DNA of 38,112 nt, taken from positions 1 through 38,112 of the IMG/VR virus record IMGVR_UViG_3300033232_000030, one strand, 5' to 3'. The position numbers and the translations under genes are program-made. Of the stretch, positions 15,735-23,696 are shown in pieces. This DNA is from a virus. Taxonomy: Duplodnaviria; Caudoviricetes. The notes under the pieces are model-generated. The model was given only the letters and a program-made list of their open reading frames with translations, did not search any database and was not told the origin of the DNA. The number at the start of each line of letters is the position of its first letter. The first letter of the stretch is position 1.

Positions 15735-16639
15735 GATGTGAGTCCTTTCAGGATGCGGGTTTTGACGCTGCGTTCAGCGGCTTTTAAGGTGTTGCGGTGA
15801 ATGGCCAGGACAGGGTCGGTAAAGATAGTGCCGTCTTTTGGCTTTTGGTAACCACCAGCGTGACAGTAAACAATGGGCGCCATGATGTTGTCGAAAACAT
15901 CTTGGTCACGCTGGCGCAGCTCTTCATCATCAAGGTAGCCACCGAGTGGGTCTTTGATGTGCGGGTCGGCACCAGCCTGGTAGAGCACAAGGTTTGGCTT
16001 GAAGGTGTTGATGTCTGCAATGGCTTCGTGCAGCCAGGCCTGGAATTCGAGCGCTTCTTGCTTGGGTCTGTCGCCGTAAAAGTGATTGCCAGAGCTAAGG
16101 TGCAAGATGTTTGATTTCAGGGCCTGGTGCTTGTCAATAATGTTTTGAGTGCCATCACCAAAATGCATGTCGCAATCGAGTATGGCAATTTTGAATGACG
16201 GGTTTTCCTGGATCAGCTTGGCTGCCACAACCATGAGCCCATTGAATGTGCAGTAGCCACCGCCAAAATCGTAGCCAGCATGGTGAAAGCCAGAGGTTGG
16301 CGAGCATACCGGGCGATCAGGGTGATTGATGGCGAAACGTGCTGCCGACAGCAGGCTGCCAATGGTCCACATGCAGGCCTCAGGAACCCTGTCATCACGC
16401 AGCTCGAAGCCGTTGAGGATGGTGCCATCAAAAACACCGTTGACGTAGTCTGTTTTATGCACTAACAGCAGGGCAGCACGGGTAATTGGGGTGACTTTGC
16501 CAAGCCATGAATTGTTGTAGTCGCGGTAGTTGTAGTGCTGGATTAGCGTCATAAAGCGTGCAGGCTTGCCTGCCGATAGGCTGAAACTGTCCAGGTTCGG
16601 GACGTTTATGCGAGCGTCATAAAAAATTGGGATGGCCAT
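15731..16639 (-). CDS. Zn-dependent histone deacetylase family (lysine/acetylpolyamine deacylase) protein
   Basis: SGFHHAG, GGYCTFN, ILDCDMHFGDGT, YQAGADPHIKDPLG, GGY; start MAIPIFY at 16639. Confidence 0.92.
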   Translation of the reverse strand: MAIPIFYDARINVPNLDSFSLSAGKPARFMTLIQHYNYRDYNNSWLGKVTPITRAALLLVHKTDYVNGVFDGTILNGFELRDDRVPEACMWTIGSLLSAARFAINHPDRPVCSPTSGFHHAGYDFGGGYCTFNGLMVVAAKLIQENPSFKIAILDCDMHFGDGTQNIIDKHQALKSNILHLSSGNHFYGDRPKQEALEFQAWLHEAIADINTFKPNLVLYQAGADPHIKDPLGGYLDDEELRQRDQDVFDNIMAPIVYCHAGGYQKPKDGTIFTDPVLAIHRNTLKAAERSVKTRILKGLTS

Positions 16640-16643
16640 GTGC

Positions 16644-16829
16644 TTACGCCTGATTCTTGACATAAAGGTTGAGGCGCTTGATGAGCCCCTCGTGGTATTC
16701 GCTAAGCTTGCCATGGTACTCAGCAGCAGAACGGTGAGCCAGCGCCTGACGCTTGGCTTCTTCAAGCTCACGCTGTGCCAGCCTGGTGGCGTTTGGCTTG
16801 CAGAACGGTTGGATCAATTGTTTGAGCAT
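16644..16829 (-). CDS. Hypothetical protein
   Basis: Helical 61-aa ORF, LAQRELEEAKR...AAEYH; RBS GGAG. Confidence 0.7.
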   Translation of the reverse strand: MLKQLIQPFCKPNATRLAQRELEEAKRQALAHRSAAEYHGKLSEYHEGLIKRLNLYVKNQA

Positions 16830-17050
16830 GTTGTCTCCAGAAGATGGACGTTAATGATGTCGCGCAGCTTGGTGAGTTGCTCGCGCTCCAATAAGCTTGC
16901 GAATAAGGTTCGCTCTTCTTTTGGCTTTTTGCATTTGGCTTGCTGGCTGGTGAAGTGCAACCAGAAGTAGTCAAGTTCATGGTTGAAGCATTCTATTTTT
17001 TGAACGTGCAGGCGCAGCGTGTGGCTACCGTTGTCGATGAGTTTGTTCAT
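16814..17050 (-). CDS. Hypothetical protein
   Basis: ATGA-coupled ORF in the early operon. Confidence 0.6.
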   Translation of the reverse strand: MNKLIDNGSHTLRLHVQKIECFNHELDYFWLHFTSQQAKCKKPKEERTLFASLLEREQLTKLRDIINVHLLETTCSNN

Positions 17051-17313
17051 TGTTCGGCCTTTGCGATGGCTGCTTTGATGATGTTGATGGATTCGTTGAC
17101 ATAGCCTGGCTTGTAGCAATCGTCCATGGCGCAGTCTTCGAGGAACGGCAAGGCCAGGTACAGGGCGTTGAGTAGGTCGGTGTAGGCATTGAGCGCCACG
17201 GCTCCGGCCTTGAGTTCTTCGGGCGTGAATTTGCCTCCGCCAATGGTGGCCCCCTTGCGCTCGATGAAGGCGTTGCGCATGTTGGCGGCCAGTGTGTTGA
17301 TGTCACTCATCAT
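17047..17313 (-). CDS. Hypothetical protein
   Basis: RBS AGGAGG; DLLNAL...AAIAKAE phage motif. Confidence 0.7.
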   Translation of the reverse strand: MMSDINTLAANMRNAFIERKGATIGGGKFTPEELKAGAVALNAYTDLLNALYLALPFLEDCAMDDCYKPGYVNESINIIKAAIAKAEQ

Positions 17314-17506
17314 TTCCTCCTGTTGTGTTTGAGATTGCTTTTAACGCGATGGTCAGGTCGCGCTTTAGGGCGGCATATTCGATCTCTCTTTCGCCGTGGT
17401 ACTCAGATGGCGTTTCTGTCCGCGGGCTGTAATTGGTGCGGGTGACGCAAAAGGTATCGACATGCACTTTGCATGGGATGCCTGCGATTCGGGTGTCGAT
17501 GTTCAT
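17303..17506 (-). CDS. Hypothetical protein
   Basis: IDTRIAGIPC motif; RBS GGAG. Confidence 0.65.
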   Translation of the reverse strand: MNIDTRIAGIPCKVHVDTFCVTRTNYSPRTETPSEYHGEREIEYAALKRDLTIALKAISNTTGGNDE

Positions 17507-17601
17507 AGCGGTCTCCAGTAGTAAAGGTCAAGCGCCAGAATGAAAAAAGCCGCGGTGTAAACAGCGGCTGCGATGAGGTTGAGAATTCGGTGGTAATTCA
17601 T
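17503..17601 (-). CDS. 32-aa membrane peptide, not in the ORF track
   Basis: MNYHRILNLIAAAVYTAAFFILALDLYYWRPL; RBS GAGG; ATGA overlap with the next gene. Confidence 0.65.
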   Translation of the reverse strand: MNYHRILNLIAAAVYTAAFFILALDLYYWRPL

Positions 17602-17610
17602 TTTTTACCC

Positions 17611-18117
17611 TCAGATGAAGACCAGCACTTTGCCGTCTTTGTTAACAAATTTCACGTCGCCGCCATAGCGTGCATCTCTGGCGTATTGCTCAAAGTTGAT
17701 GTAGCCGCGTGCATACTCTGGAATATCAGCAAGCATGCCAGCGGACTCCCAGTATTCTTCAGCCCATTCGGCTTCGCTGTCGAATTTGCCGTAGTAAGCC
17801 TCTTGTGCTTTGTCGATGTCGCCTTCTGGATCGATGCAGCAGAGATAGACTTCCAGCAGCTCTTTGTCATCGTCGTCAAGGCTGACCCATGAGTCCCAGA
17901 CTTCGGGGTCAAGGTGCGATTCGCTGATGAAGCGCTCGGGGATGCCTTCGTGGTCTTGGTACATGAATTCGTGTTCACCTTGACCATGCAACTCTTGGCA
18001 GGCTTCCTCGAATTCTTTAATGTCATCGTATTCTTCGAGGTTGAGCCAGGCGCCATCAATGGCGCCAGCGTTGTATTTGCCGTAGGTGCCGACGTAGATT
18101 CGTGGGGTGGTGCTCAT
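17611..18117 (-). CDS. ardA: Antirestriction protein ArdA (DNA mimic)
   Basis: IYVGTYGKYNAG...GAWLNL, FMYQDHE, YINFEQYARD; highly acidic. Confidence 0.92.
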   Translation of the reverse strand: MSTTPRIYVGTYGKYNAGAIDGAWLNLEEYDDIKEFEEACQELHGQGEHEFMYQDHEGIPERFISESHLDPEVWDSWVSLDDDDKELLEVYLCCIDPEGDIDKAQEAYYGKFDSEAEWAEEYWESAGMLADIPEYARGYINFEQYARDARYGGDVKFVNKDGKVLVFI

Positions 18118-18129
18118 GATGTGTGCTCC

Positions 18130-18516
18130 TTAGTAGTGTGGGGTGCTTAGCAGGGCGACGTGCAGCCTGAATGCGAATGCTTTGCGCTTGGCCAATGTGC
18201 TGTGGTTGTCTGGCGTGGCTAGCCATCCGCTCACGGCTTGCAGGTTTTCGCGGCAGCGGCGGTGGTCGGCCTTGAGGCGGTTAACTTCGTCCTGCAAAGC
18301 ATTGATCATGGTGTCTGCATCCAGACCCATGCCCTCGGTTTTGCCTTCTTCATAGGCCTCTGCGCGGGCTGCTTCGATCTCCTGCTCGTGCCGGTCATCG
18401 TCATCTTTTTTGTCTTCCAAGTCGGCAGCAAATGCCGCCAGGTGCGCCTTGCCGTACAGGTAGGCATACCGTTCAATTTCAGCGTTTGTAAGATTGGCGT
18501 TCCAGATTGTTCCCAT
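18130..18516 (-). CDS. Hypothetical coiled-coil protein
   Basis: RBS GGAG; operon orientation. Confidence 0.7.
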   Translation of the reverse strand: MGTIWNANLTNAEIERYAYLYGKAHLAAFAADLEDKKDDDDRHEQEIEAARAEAYEEGKTEGMGLDADTMINALQDEVNRLKADHRRCRENLQAVSGWLATPDNHSTLAKRKAFAFRLHVALLSTPHY

Positions 18517-18540
18517 GGTGTTCTCCAGGTTTCAGGCAAT

Positions 18541-18562
18541 AAAAAACCCGCCGTAGCGGGTT
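18541..18562 (-). terminator. Rho-independent terminator
   Basis: Minus strand aacccgc-tacg-gcgggtt followed by a T-run. Confidence 0.7.
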
Positions 18563-18577
18563 GTGGTTTGAGTGAGG

Positions 18578-18889
18578 TTACTTAAGGTCTGGATACCCCA
18601 GATCATCAAGGATTGCTTGCTGATCTTCCCCCTCCAAAATTTTAATCAGACAGCGGCCATTTTTGGCCACCCTGATTACCTCGCCAACGCCGTGACCATG
18701 GGTCGAAACGTCGTTGTAGCTGCCACACCAGCCATGGAGCCTGGGCATGTGGCTCTGATTTGTGTAGGGTGGCGTGTCTCTTAGCTCCCACCGTTCCCAC
18801 CCCCCGTTGTAGGGGTTGGCCTTTTCGATCAGAAAGCCAACATCCCCAACGCTGAGTGAGTCGTCAGGGCCAATCCATTGCGTAGTCAT
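18578..18889 (-). CDS. Hypothetical protein
   Basis: ORF in operon orientation with RLHGWCGSYND motif; start uncertain. Confidence 0.6.
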   Translation of the reverse strand: MTTQWIGPDDSLSVGDVGFLIEKANPYNGGWERWELRDTPPYTNQSHMPRLHGWCGSYNDVSTHGHGVGEVIRVAKNGRCLIKILEGEDQQAILDDLGYPDLK

Positions 18890-18993
18890 GTCAAATCCAA
18901 TCAAGTAAACACCGGTAAGCGACCGGGGCGCAGATGCAATATAGCATCACTGATCTAGCCCCTGTCACAGGCTAGAGCGCTGATGTCATGTTT

Positions 18994-19512
18994 TTAGCAG
19001 GCTAATTCCGTGTTAACCAAAGTGGCCCTGGCGAGCTGTTTGGCGTTCATGCGGTAGCGGCAGCCACCACTGCTGTGTACGATCCAGCCCTTGCGAGGAC
19101 CGGCCGGGCTGATCAGTGTGTAGGTGTCTTTACCGTAAGATATGACCTGGCCAGCAAAGGCTTTGTTCTTTTTGTTGCTCTGATGCGCCCTTACTTTAAG
19201 GCGCCAGTCACCGGCATAACCAGTGGTTGGCGCAGGGGCAGCGTCCAGGTAGGACAGCGGACAGTCGTAGCAGTATGGGCCGCAGGTTTCGTCCATGCTT
19301 TTGTAGCCCCAGCCCATGTTCTTCCCGCCGCCTTGCAGCAGGTCCAGGCCGATCCAGGTGACGCCGTTGGTCTCGGCCAGATACCAGTGATGGTTGCCGA
19401 CTGTGCAAGCCTTGAGTAGCTTGGTTTGCGGGCCGAAGCGGCTCGGACTGCGAAGTTCTGCAACGCAGGCTGCTTTGTTGTGCGACGTATCGTAAGCGAA
19501 TGACCAACCCAT
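18994..19512 (-). CDS. DUF6927-like hypothetical protein
   Basis: MGW start; WGYKSMDETCGPYCYDCPLSYLD; strong RBS AAGGAG. Confidence 0.75.
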   Translation of the reverse strand: MGWSFAYDTSHNKAACVAELRSPSRFGPQTKLLKACTVGNHHWYLAETNGVTWIGLDLLQGGGKNMGWGYKSMDETCGPYCYDCPLSYLDAAPAPTTGYAGDWRLKVRAHQSNKKNKAFAGQVISYGKDTYTLISPAGPRKGWIVHSSGGCRYRMNAKQLARATLVNTELAC

Positions 19513-19581
19513 GATGATTCTCCTTTAAAAATGAAACCGTCAGATGGCTTCCACGGAAACAAAAAACCCTGTTCGCTGATG

Positions 19582-19767
19582 TCATGTTTTAAGAGTCGTT
19601 TCATAAACCAGGCTCAAACCATATTTGGTTCCTGATTTAGCTGTGAAGCGTTCGTAACGCTCTTCAAAAGAACGTAATCCTTCATTCCAGGAATGCAGTG
19701 GCTGACCATTTGGCATTTGGCCAATGATCTTTAGATTTTCTGGTGGTGGAGTATGTTTTTCATGCAT
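19582..19767 (-). CDS. Hypothetical protein
   Basis: TGATG coupling with the upstream gene. Confidence 0.5.
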   Translation of the reverse strand: MHEKHTPPPENLKIIGQMPNGQPLHSWNEGLRSFEERYERFTAKSGTKYGLSLVYETTLKT

Positions 19768-19973
19768 CACAGCACCGCCTTTTCTGCCAGCTCATCGCTG
19801 ATGTCGCCGTTGCGTAGGCAGTAGTCAATAAAGTCGCACCAGGCAACCCGAATATCAACTGGCTGGCTGTTTTGACGCTTGCCGCGTGTGCCCGCTTGAC
19901 GGGCTTGCAAATCAAATTCAGGGTGGTTTTCCCAGAATGCATCGCGCAACTGTTTTTGTGTGGTGTAGTTCAT
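19767..19973 (-). CDS. Hypothetical protein
   Basis: RBS AAGGAG; TTQKQLRDAFW...AWCDFIDYCLRNGDIS. Confidence 0.7.
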   Translation of the reverse strand: MNYTTQKQLRDAFWENHPEFDLQARQAGTRGKRQNSQPVDIRVAWCDFIDYCLRNGDISDELAEKAVL

Positions 19974-20236
19974 GGTGACTCCTTGTAAGTAATCCGTTTT
20001 GTGATGGTCCAACGATCAAGCACTGGTGCGCCGTATTCGTTTTCATCAATGGCGACGTAGGCAACGCCCTTGCGGACAATGCCGAAGCGCACGCCGTCAA
20101 GAACATCAATCTCGTGAATGAGATCATGGCTGATAGCCCAGGCATTGTTCGTTGGTTTGAACGTGAAATAGCGGCGGGTTTCAGGAACATAGAACTCGCC
20201 ACTGTCTCCAGAAAATTGTTTGTCGTAGCGTATCAT
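19970..20236 (-). CDS. Hypothetical protein, first gene of the early operon
   Basis: RBS AGGAG; ATGA overlap with the next gene. Confidence 0.7.
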   Translation of the reverse strand: MIRYDKQFSGDSGEFYVPETRRYFTFKPTNNAWAISHDLIHEIDVLDGVRFGIVRKGVAYVAIDENEYGAPVLDRWTITKRITYKESP

Positions 20237-20251
20237 TTCTGCTCCTAGTTT

Positions 20252-20580
20252 GAAAAAACAAAAGCCACCTGGTTGGCAAGTGGCTTGTGTTTTGCCCCTG
20301 TTGCCAAGGGCTTACGCATCACGTTTTGCTATCCAGACCCCCGGATATGTGATGCTGTGGACGTCTCCCCGTTTCCGGGCTTCCACATGATGTCCGTCTC
20401 TTCCGGCCGACGTAGCCGCTTTCCACACCGTCGCTTTGAGCCCGGTATTGCTACCGTAGAGCGCTTCCTGTCTGATATGAATCAGGAGGATGCAAGGGCG
20501 TCCACTCATTTGTATTCCGCCGTGGAGGGCGGTGCGACCGTTTTTGCTGGTCTGGCGATCCGGGCGATGCCGTTCGATGG
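20252..20580 (-). ncRNA. Candidate large structured non-coding RNA or leader
   Basis: Lies between a promoter and a terminator; about nine helices, several capped by GNRA loops (GCAA, GAAA). Confidence 0.6.
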
Positions 20581-20585
20581 GGTCT

Positions 20586-20614
20586 ATTGTTTTCCAAAAA
20601 GCAAACAATGTCAA
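20586..20614 (-). promoter_or_regulatory. Leftward promoter of the early operon / ncRNA
   Basis: TTGACA(20614-20609)-17-AACAAT; spacer contains TGTTTGCTT as in the other leftward promoters. Confidence 0.6.
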
Positions 20615-20846
20615 GTTAGCATGTCAAAGTGGCTGATTTGCATGTTGCTTTTTTGTTGATCCCCCAATGAAAACCATCGTTTTCAAATAGTTGAGTTTGT
20701 CGAAGGGTTATTTGGCGATTTGCTTTGCGCATGACATGTGCGCCTGGCTGCCAGTGCCAGATGTGTGTATGGGTGGGCGTCGCGCGGTTTATTCCAGTCG
20801 CGCGAGGCGTTTTGCGTGTTGTGCCAGTTGCCAGTCAAGGATGCCG

Positions 20847-21674
20847 TCAAGCCTGGCAAGCTGGCGCTTGTTGAGGTGCGCTGGATGTTCGCCAATCAGT
20901 CATGTCCCAGTTGCCCTTGCCCCCATTGCAGTCGCCACAAAGAATTTGGAGGTTGTCGATATTCAGCGCCAGGTCCGGAAATATCTTGCGCGGCTTGATG
21001 TGGTCAACGTGAATGACAGCACCAGTCTTGGCTGAGGCGCCACAGCACTGACAGACAGGGCCGTATTTTTTCAGTGCCATCATGCGGGTGGCTTTCCATT
21101 CGAATGTGCTCAAAAAGTCGTCCGAAGCCGGGTTGACTTTAGAGTGATTGACAATAAATGATTTGACGGATTGCTCTGTTGGCTGACGCGCGACCAATCT
21201 GCTTAATGGTTCATGGTGCGACTGGGCCTTGCTTGGTTGAGCTTTCACACGAGGAATCCAGTTCAACTGACACCACTCGCGCAGCTTTTTCTTGTTTTCG
21301 CGCATGAATACCTTCACGCTGCCGGAATATGTTGAGCCAAGTACTTCGACAACACGAGGAGCAACAGCGCCAAACAAACCAATACCACCGAGACGACTGC
21401 CATTAATTCCAGAGCACCTAAGGATGTCGTAGGCGAGTGTTGTGAGCTCTTTTCCCTCGACCTTCTTCCGTAATTTTTTATTCGCATTCTTTGGATGGCT
21501 GATTGCAGGCGGTCTATTTGCCGTAGCCTTTTGCGCTACAGCTTTAATGGCAGAGGCCGTTTTGCGCTCGGATTTCAGCTTTTTCTCAATCAAAGAAAGG
21601 AATGCGTGCCTTTTCTGCTTTGATGCTGCTTTCCATTCTTCAGTCTCTTTTAACTCCTCTATCTTCATTTTCAT
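20847..21674 (-). CDS. HNH endonuclease with basic N-terminal extension
   Basis: CQCCG...IHVDHIKP...NLQILCGDCNGGK. Confidence 0.85.
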   Translation of the reverse strand: MKMKIEELKETEEWKAASKQKRHAFLSLIEKKLKSERKTASAIKAVAQKATANRPPAISHPKNANKKLRKKVEGKELTTLAYDILRCSGINGSRLGGIGLFGAVAPRVVEVLGSTYSGSVKVFMRENKKKLREWCQLNWIPRVKAQPSKAQSHHEPLSRLVARQPTEQSVKSFIVNHSKVNPASDDFLSTFEWKATRMMALKKYGPVCQCCGASAKTGAVIHVDHIKPRKIFPDLALNIDNLQILCGDCNGGKGNWDMTDWRTSSAPQQAPACQA

Positions 21675-21895
21675 CTTCAACTTAGTTCCTTGGTATTCAG
21701 GTATCACCCCGAAAGAAAACAGAAAACCAAACCACAAACCCCCCCTACCCCCCAAGCCGATCTCAGGGTGGCACCCGGTTAATTCCGGAAAGCCCAAAGC
21801 AAAGAAAAAGAAAGTGTCAATGGACGTGTGATCCGCTCACACTTTCTCTTTCGTGCTGACCTATCTCTGGGGTTGTAGCCCCACAAAATCCTTTC

Positions 21896-22036
21896 AAAAA
21901 AAAGCCATTAAGTCCTGGTCTTCCGCCTGCCAGCGTGACCCCGAAGGGTTTGGAAGACCAAGGCTTAATGGCTTTGGTTTTGTCACGCTGGCGGCTTGAC
22001 GAAAAGAATTCTACAACAAAGTTTTCACGAAAGCAA
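21896..22036 (-). promoter_or_regulatory. Promoter plus attenuator-like / C4-like structured leader
   Basis: TTGCTT-17-TAGAAT (22036-22008); long stem 21901-21924/21952-21975 followed by a T-run; loop segment 21929-21939 complementary to 21982-21992. Confidence 0.55.
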
Positions 22037-22069
22037 CATGACAGTATGTTGCAAGGTAAAATATGCCTC

Positions 22070-22429
22070 ATGACAAACGAACTTACTTTGCCGTGGCCAC
22101 CAAAGGGGCTGAGCCCGAATGCGCGACTGCATTGGGCTGCCAAGTCAAAGATCACCAAAGCGTACAAAGAGGTTTGCTGGGCGTTATGCAAGGAATCCGG
22201 CATGGTGGCACCTGATTCGCACAGGATTGCTTTGTGGTTGGATTTCTTTCCGCCCGACCGTAGAGCACGCGATGACGACAATATCATTGCCAGTTTCAAG
22301 GCTGGCCGCGATGGATTGGCGCTTGCGTTGGGGATAGACGATAAGAGATTTGTCTTGCGCCCATTTGTGCAGGATAAGGTGGGCGGAATAATCAAGGTTC
22401 GATTAAGCACTTACCCGGAGAGCGCATGA
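22070..22429 (+). CDS. rusA: RusA-like Holliday junction resolvase
   Basis: LPWPP..LSPN.R.HW; PPDRRARDDDNIIASFKAGRDG; IDD. Confidence 0.85.
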   Translation: MTNELTLPWPPKGLSPNARLHWAAKSKITKAYKEVCWALCKESGMVAPDSHRIALWLDFFPPDRRARDDDNIIASFKAGRDGLALALGIDDKRFVLRPFVQDKVGGIIKVRLSTYPESA

Positions 22430-22692
22430 CCCACAGCCATTACTTCAAAGATGTCGCTAATTTGCAACAGATTGATGTTTACCGTGTCCTTGAGCTGTTC
22501 GAGGTAACCTGCCCAGTGGCACAGCACATTGTCAAAAAAGCCCTGGTGGCCGGTAACCGTGGGGCAAAAAGCCAAACCAGAGACATGCAGGACATTGCTG
22601 ACAGCGCACAAAGATGGTTGGAGATGCGCAAAGAGGATGGCACCAGTAACCGATTGGATGAGGCCTATGAAAAAGCCAAGGGAGCCGCTTGA
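22426..22692 (+). CDS. DUF3310-like hypothetical protein
   Basis: HSHY...IDVYRVL...VKKALVAGNRGAK...DMQD. Confidence 0.65.
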   Translation: MTHSHYFKDVANLQQIDVYRVLELFEVTCPVAQHIVKKALVAGNRGAKSQTRDMQDIADSAQRWLEMRKEDGTSNRLDEAYEKAKGAA

Positions 22693-23234
22693 TGGCGAGC
22701 ATGCAGGAGCGCTACTTTGCTGCGCGCAACAGCAGCAATTTGAGGCTTAACCCGGAGCGTGTTGGCGCAACTGATGTGCTGATCGCATCTGGCAGGGTGG
22801 CTGGCCGCAGTGAGCGCAAGGCATTGGCAATTGCCGTATGGGGCACGCTCTCTTCAGACCATATGACGGGGGCAAATGCAATAGCAGAGCGCATGGCCGG
22901 GTGGCTGCGCAAACGCTCATTCGCCAGAGATGGCAAGGCGATTCCAGACACCCACGCCAAAGATACGGCTATGGCCGTGCTTAAGTGGTGGCGAAAACCG
23001 GCATGCCTGACATGTGGTGGCCATGGACATCCATTGATACCGGATTCGCCAGTGATCGATACAAGCCGGGATTGCACTGACTGCAATGGCACTGGTCAGA
23101 TGCCACTGAGAAAGATTGTGCGCACCGAATATATCAATGATGCCTATTGGCTAAGTGCAGAGATTGATATGCTGTGTGCCTTGGTATTTGGCGAGATGGC
23201 GCGTGAGATTAAAGCAGACATGGACACACTATGA
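22689..23234 (+). CDS. Putative late antiterminator (Q-like, CxxCxGxG Zn finger)
   Basis: CLTCGGHG and CTDCNGTG; positioned before the late promoter/terminator and packaging genes. Confidence 0.6.
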   Translation: MMASMQERYFAARNSSNLRLNPERVGATDVLIASGRVAGRSERKALAIAVWGTLSSDHMTGANAIAERMAGWLRKRSFARDGKAIPDTHAKDTAMAVLKWWRKPACLTCGGHGHPLIPDSPVIDTSRDCTDCNGTGQMPLRKIVRTEYINDAYWLSAEIDMLCALVFGEMAREIKADMDTL

Positions 23235-23428
23235 AAAAGTACGGCTGCCACGACAGAGCAGATTACCCGCCAACATACCAAGGCCAAGATGGCTGGATTC
23301 GCTCAGGTGATCAAGCTGTCGCAAAGATGGTAGATATTGAATTCAAATCCAGCCAGGAATGCAACTACACAATGACGGACCTGGGTAGGGTTGATCCAAG
23401 GTGTGAGGGCTGTTCTCGTAAAAAATAA
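23231..23428 (+). CDS. Small Cys-containing hypothetical protein
   Basis: YGCHDR...C.Y...DPRCEGC; ATGA overlap. Confidence 0.65.
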   Translation: MKKYGCHDRADYPPTYQGQDGWIRSGDQAVAKMVDIEFKSSQECNYTMTDLGRVDPRCEGCSRKK

Positions 23429-23440
23429 TTGTCAACACTA

Positions 23441-23468
23441 TTGCAAATATCTTGTAATCTGTTACATT
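23441..23468 (+). promoter_or_regulatory. Candidate late promoter
   Basis: TTGCAA-16-TACATT. Confidence 0.45.
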
Positions 23469-23632
23469 AACGCTCAGCAACAGAGCCGGACAGACAGCAC
23501 CGGCATTAAAACAAGCAGCAACCCTTAAGGCACAGGTGCCTCTAGTTGCGGAAAAACAACAGTTTACAGAACATTAAGCCGATCCATTTGGATCAGGTAA
23601 CCAAGTACTCCTTCAGCTCGCAAGGGCTGTTC

Positions 23633-23663
23633 ACCCCTGTCGAGTTCGCTCCAGGGGTTTTTT
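23633..23663 (+). terminator. Terminator in the late leader (tR'-like)
   Basis: acccctg...caggggt followed by a T-run, upstream of terS. Confidence 0.7.
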
Positions 23664-23696
23664 ATTGTTGCTCCTGGCGTGAGCGAGGGGAATGAG

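Noticed and set aside
20273-20659. ORFs 20273-20659 (+) and 20312-20614 (-)
   Set aside because: TTG starts without RBS (one is the -35 box), no motifs; dense RNA structure explains the region better
20683-20895. 70-aa minus ORF after the HNH gene
   Set aside because: Uncertain start and no recognisable motif; cannot support
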